Part shown: positions 61,060 to 64,000 of the stretch, one piece after another
Position numbering within the stretch: the stretch's first letter is position 1
Layout: each line of letters starts with the position of its first letter
Assembly: GCA_046290225.1 (NCBI GenBank)
Contig: JBKAGE010000001.1
Span: 96,134-160,133, forward strand
Length of the DNA stretch: 64,000 nucleotides
Origin: Bradymonadia bacterium
GTDB taxonomy: Bacteria > Myxococcota_A > Bradymonadia > UBA7976 > UBA1532
Reading direction: 5' to 3'
The notes under the pieces: model-generated
Seen by the model: the letters and a program-made list of their open reading frames with translations, nothing else
Database searches by the model: none
Told to the model about the DNA's origin: nothing
Made by a program: the position numbers and the translations under genes

Positions 61060-62154
61060 ATGCGTACGCATTGGTGGATGAGTGTATTGATGAGCGGCGC
61101 GCTCGCTCTGAGCGCTGGCTGTGATGATGACAGCAGCGATGGTGACGGCACTGCCGGTGCTGGCGGTGAGGCCGGCGCCGGTGGCGTGGCCGGTGGCGCT
61201 GGCGGCGAGGCCGGCATGGGTGGCGAAGCCGGTGGCACTGGCGGTATGGCCGGTGGCGCTGGTGGCGAGATGACCCCCACCCTCGGCACCCCCGACGACA
61301 TCGCCAAGGCCGAGGCCCTCTGGGACGAGATCGCCGGCCACCAGATGAGCTGGCGCCAGCCTGCGGGCAAAGAGGGTTGGATCGAAGGCGCCATGCCCCA
61401 CGGTGGCATCCAGCAGATCTACCACAACGGCACTGACCCGAACGCCGACGGCTACATCGTCATCAAGCGCAACTACGGCGAGAAGGACGAAGAGGCCCTC
61501 GGCGCCCTCACCGTCATGCAGAAGATCGATGGCTTCGACGATGAGGTGAACGACTGGTTCTTCGTCCGTTACAACCCCGACGGCACCATCTACGCCCCTG
61601 AGGGCACCGCCATCGCCGGCCGCCCCGGCAAGGGCACCAACGGCGGCTGCGTGGGCTGCCACTCCGGCGCTGGTGGCGACGACTTCCTCTTCAGCTTCGA
61701 TGGTGACGAGATCCCCAACGGCCCCCCCATGGGTCGCCCCTGGGATCTGGTGATGGCCGATCAACTCTGGGCCGAGATCGCCGATCACGAGAACTGGCCC
61801 GTGCCCGAGGGCAAAGAGGGCTGGGTCACCGGCGCAATGCCCCACGGCGCGTCGCAGCGCTTCTTCCACAATGGCGACGACAACACCGCCGATGGCTACA
61901 TCATCATCAAGAAGAACTACGCTGAAGAAGACGAGGCCACTCTCGGTGCCCTCACGGTCATGAAGAAGATCGAGGGCTTCGATGGCGAGGTGAACGACTG
62001 GTTCTTCGTCCGCTTCAACCCCGACGGCACCCTCTTCACCCCTGAAGACGCCCCCGCCCCCCTCGCCGGCCGCCCCGGCAAGGGCACTGACGGTGGCTGC
62101 GTGGGCTGCCACTCCAACGCCCCCGGTGGAGACTACCTCTGGAGCTTCGACTGA
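61060..62154 (+). CDS. Tandem two-domain cytochrome P460-family lipoprotein
   Basis: SAGC lipobox; two near-identical domains each with PHG, GY.IIK.NY, LTVM.K, DWFF and CVGCH. Confidence 0.8.
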   Translation: MRTHWWMSVLMSGALALSAGCDDDSSDGDGTAGAGGEAGAGGVAGGAGGEAGMGGEAGGTGGMAGGAGGEMTPTLGTPDDIAKAEALWDEIAGHQMSWRQPAGKEGWIEGAMPHGGIQQIYHNGTDPNADGYIVIKRNYGEKDEEALGALTVMQKIDGFDDEVNDWFFVRYNPDGTIYAPEGTAIAGRPGKGTNGGCVGCHSGAGGDDFLFSFDGDEIPNGPPMGRPWDLVMADQLWAEIADHENWPVPEGKEGWVTGAMPHGASQRFFHNGDDNTADGYIIIKKNYAEEDEATLGALTVMKKIEGFDGEVNDWFFVRFNPDGTLFTPEDAPAPLAGRPGKGTDGGCVGCHSNAPGGDYLWSFD

Positions 62155-62287
62155 GCCGCCTCCCCTCCTCCAGCGTCACTCATTTTGAGTGCCCTGCCCG
62201 CCAATTTGGTGTAGCACACCGCCTCCTCATGACTTACACTGTGCCGGATTGCTTTACAGCTCGGCACCCGTAGTTCGAGGAGTTCCC

Positions 62288-64000
62288 ATGGCCCTGTCAC
62301 TGACTCAAAAGCTCTTGCACGGCGCTCTCGCCGCGGGGGTCATCACCCTCGCTGGCTTCAGCACTGCTTCTGCAAGCACTGGCTACCATCACTGTGCCAT
62401 CGACGATGCCGGCCAGCTCAAGTGCTGGGGCTACAATGGTCATGGCCAGCTCGGCCAGGGCAACACCAGCAACTATGGTGACTCCGCCAACGAGATCGCC
62501 AACATGTCGGTGGTGGACCTGGGCACCAACGCTCAAGGCCAGCAACACACAGTGCAGCAAGTCACCCATGGCTACCACAGCACCTGTGCGCTCCTCGATG
62601 ACGGACGCGTGAAATGCTTCGGTTACAACGGTCATGGTGAGCTCGGTCAGGGCAACAACACTCAGCGGGGTGATAATGGTGGTGAGATGGGGAACAGCCT
62701 CGCCTACACCAACCTCGGCACCGGCCGCACCGCCGTACACCTGAGCAGCTTCTACCATGGTCACTGCGCCATTCTGGACAACGGCAAGGTGAAGTGCTGG
62801 GGCTACAACAATTATGGCCACCTCGGTCAGGGGCACACTGGCAACCGAGGCACGAGCGCCAGCCACATGGGTGACAACCTCGCCTACACCGAGCTCGGCA
62901 CGGATCGCACCGCAGTACAGATGTCCTCAGGTTATTACGCCAGCTGCGCGCTGCTCGACAACGGTGACGTGAAGTGCTGGGGCCGCAACAATGACGGCCA
63001 GCTCGGTCAGGGCGATCAAACCCAACGCGGCGACAACGCCAACGAGATGGGTGACAACCTCAATCCTATTGACCTCGGCACTGGCCATACTGCGGTGATG
63101 GTGAGCGTAGGTTACCAATTCGCCTGCGCTATCCTTGATGATGGCCGGGTGAAGTGTTGGGGCAACAACGGCAGTGGGCAGCTTGGCCAGGGCAACACCA
63201 CTCAGCGCGGCGATGGTGCCAACGAGATGGGCGACAACCTCGCCTACACCAACCTTGGTACTGGCCGCACCGCCACCCACATCGTCTCTGGGAACAGCTT
63301 CAGCTGCGCCATCTTGGACGATGGTGGGGTGAAGTGCTGGGGCTACAATGCCCATGGCCAGCTCGGCCAGAACCACACGGGCAACCGCGGCACGACCCCA
63401 TCGCACATGGGCGATAACCTGCCCTACGTCAACCTGGGCGCAGGTCGCACGGCAGTGGCCCTGGGCGCAGGCTTCCACAGCACGTGCGCCATCTTGGACA
63501 ACGGCGAGGTGAAGTGCTGGGGCTACAACCCCTATGGCAACCTCGGCACTGGCAACACCTCCTGGTATGGCCACTCCAACGCCAACATGTCCACGAACCC
63601 TGGGGCGAACCTCGGGGTCAACTTCGGCACCCCCATCGATCTGGACAACTCTGGTGGTGTGAACTGCCCCGATGCCGACGGCGACGGGTTGTGTGACTCT
63701 GATGACAACTGTCCCTTGGCCGCAAACGCGGGTCAAAGTGATGTTGACGCAGATGGTTTGGGCGACGCCTGTGACGCCTGCACGAACGACGCGACGAACG
63801 ACGCCGACGGCGATGGCATCTGTCAGGACGTCGATAACTGCATCACCGTGGCCAACGCAGACCAGACGGACAACAACGGTGATGGCTACGGCGACGCTTG
63901 TGTGAGTGTGAACGCCGACATCGATCCCACCGCTACCCTCGGCAACGACCTCGTCATCGGTGAGAACGCAGTCATCGGCGCCTTCGCTCGCGTGGACGAC
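62288..64000 (+). CDS. Secreted RCC1-repeat protein with thrombospondin type-3 repeats and the start of a hexapeptide repeat (partial; not in the ORF track)
   Basis: Hand translation: MALSLTQKLLHGALAAG...; seven C(W/F)G.N..G.LG repeats; DADGDGLCDSDDNCP...DGLGDACD; ends ADIDPTATLGNDLVIGENAVIGAFARVDD; SD GAGGAG. Confidence 0.88.
   Translation, partial: MALSLTQKLLHGALAAGVITLAGFSTASASTGYHHCAIDDAGQLKCWGYNGHGQLGQGNTSNYGDSANEIANMSVVDLGTNAQGQQHTVQQVTHGYHSTCALLDDGRVKCFGYNGHGELGQGNNTQRGDNGGEMGNSLAYTNLGTGRTAVHLSSFYHGHCAILDNGKVKCWGYNNYGHLGQGHTGNRGTSASHMGDNLAYTELGTDRTAVQMSSGYYASCALLDNGDVKCWGRNNDGQLGQGDQTQRGDNANEMGDNLNPIDLGTGHTAVMVSVGYQFACAILDDGRVKCWGNNGSGQLGQGNTTQRGDGANEMGDNLAYTNLGTGRTATHIVSGNSFSCAILDDGGVKCWGYNAHGQLGQNHTGNRGTTPSHMGDNLPYVNLGAGRTAVALGAGFHSTCAILDNGEVKCWGYNPYGNLGTGNTSWYGHSNANMSTNPGANLGVNFGTPIDLDNSGGVNCPDADGDGLCDSDDNCPLAANAGQSDVDADGLGDACDACTNDATNDADGDGICQDVDNCITVANADQTDNNGDGYGDACVSVNADIDPTATLGNDLVIGENAVIGAFARVDD

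Noticed and set aside
61300..62150. DGR template/variable repeat pair
   Set aside because: Both copies are in-frame domains of one protein, differences are not restricted to adenines, and no reverse transcriptase is present.
62297..63736. Minus-strand ORFs 62297-62866 and 62927-63736 in the track
   Set aside because: Antisense shadows of the plus-strand RCC1 gene.

Overview
High-GC window that looks like a Myxococcota / deltaproteobacterial chromosome (inferred from a MYXO-CTERM-type tail, many lipoproteins with Gly/Ala- or Asp/Pro-rich linkers, and a giant Cys-rich repeat protein). It is dense in secreted or lipoprotein hydrolases and surface proteins: S8, Deg/HtrA, M4-like, M90 and HEXXH peptidases, two esterases, an RGLX/YetA-like protein, a beta-helix protein and an RCC1/TSP3 protein. 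It also carries a type III PKS cluster (ICMT-like methyltransferase, FAD oxidoreductase, type III PKS, ACP, FAAL), an orphan cheY-cheR pair, a non-canonical FabH, trpF, rsgA, a MocR regulator with an operator-like site, a copper monooxygenase-cytochrome c fusion and a tandem cytochrome P460-like protein. The best candidate for an undescribed system is 11.9-18.2 kb: two minus-strand secreted proteins that together resemble the halves of the eukaryotic vitellogenin/apoB/MTP large lipid transfer module, share an identical 12-bp upstream motif, sit beside a possible TULIP-like lipoprotein, and are separated by an Rpn remnant. A second candidate is a thermolysin-like peptidase whose propeptide is a separate secreted gene. 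No rRNA, tRNA, CRISPR array or intact IS was recognised. All family calls come from reading motifs by eye and need HMM or structure confirmation.
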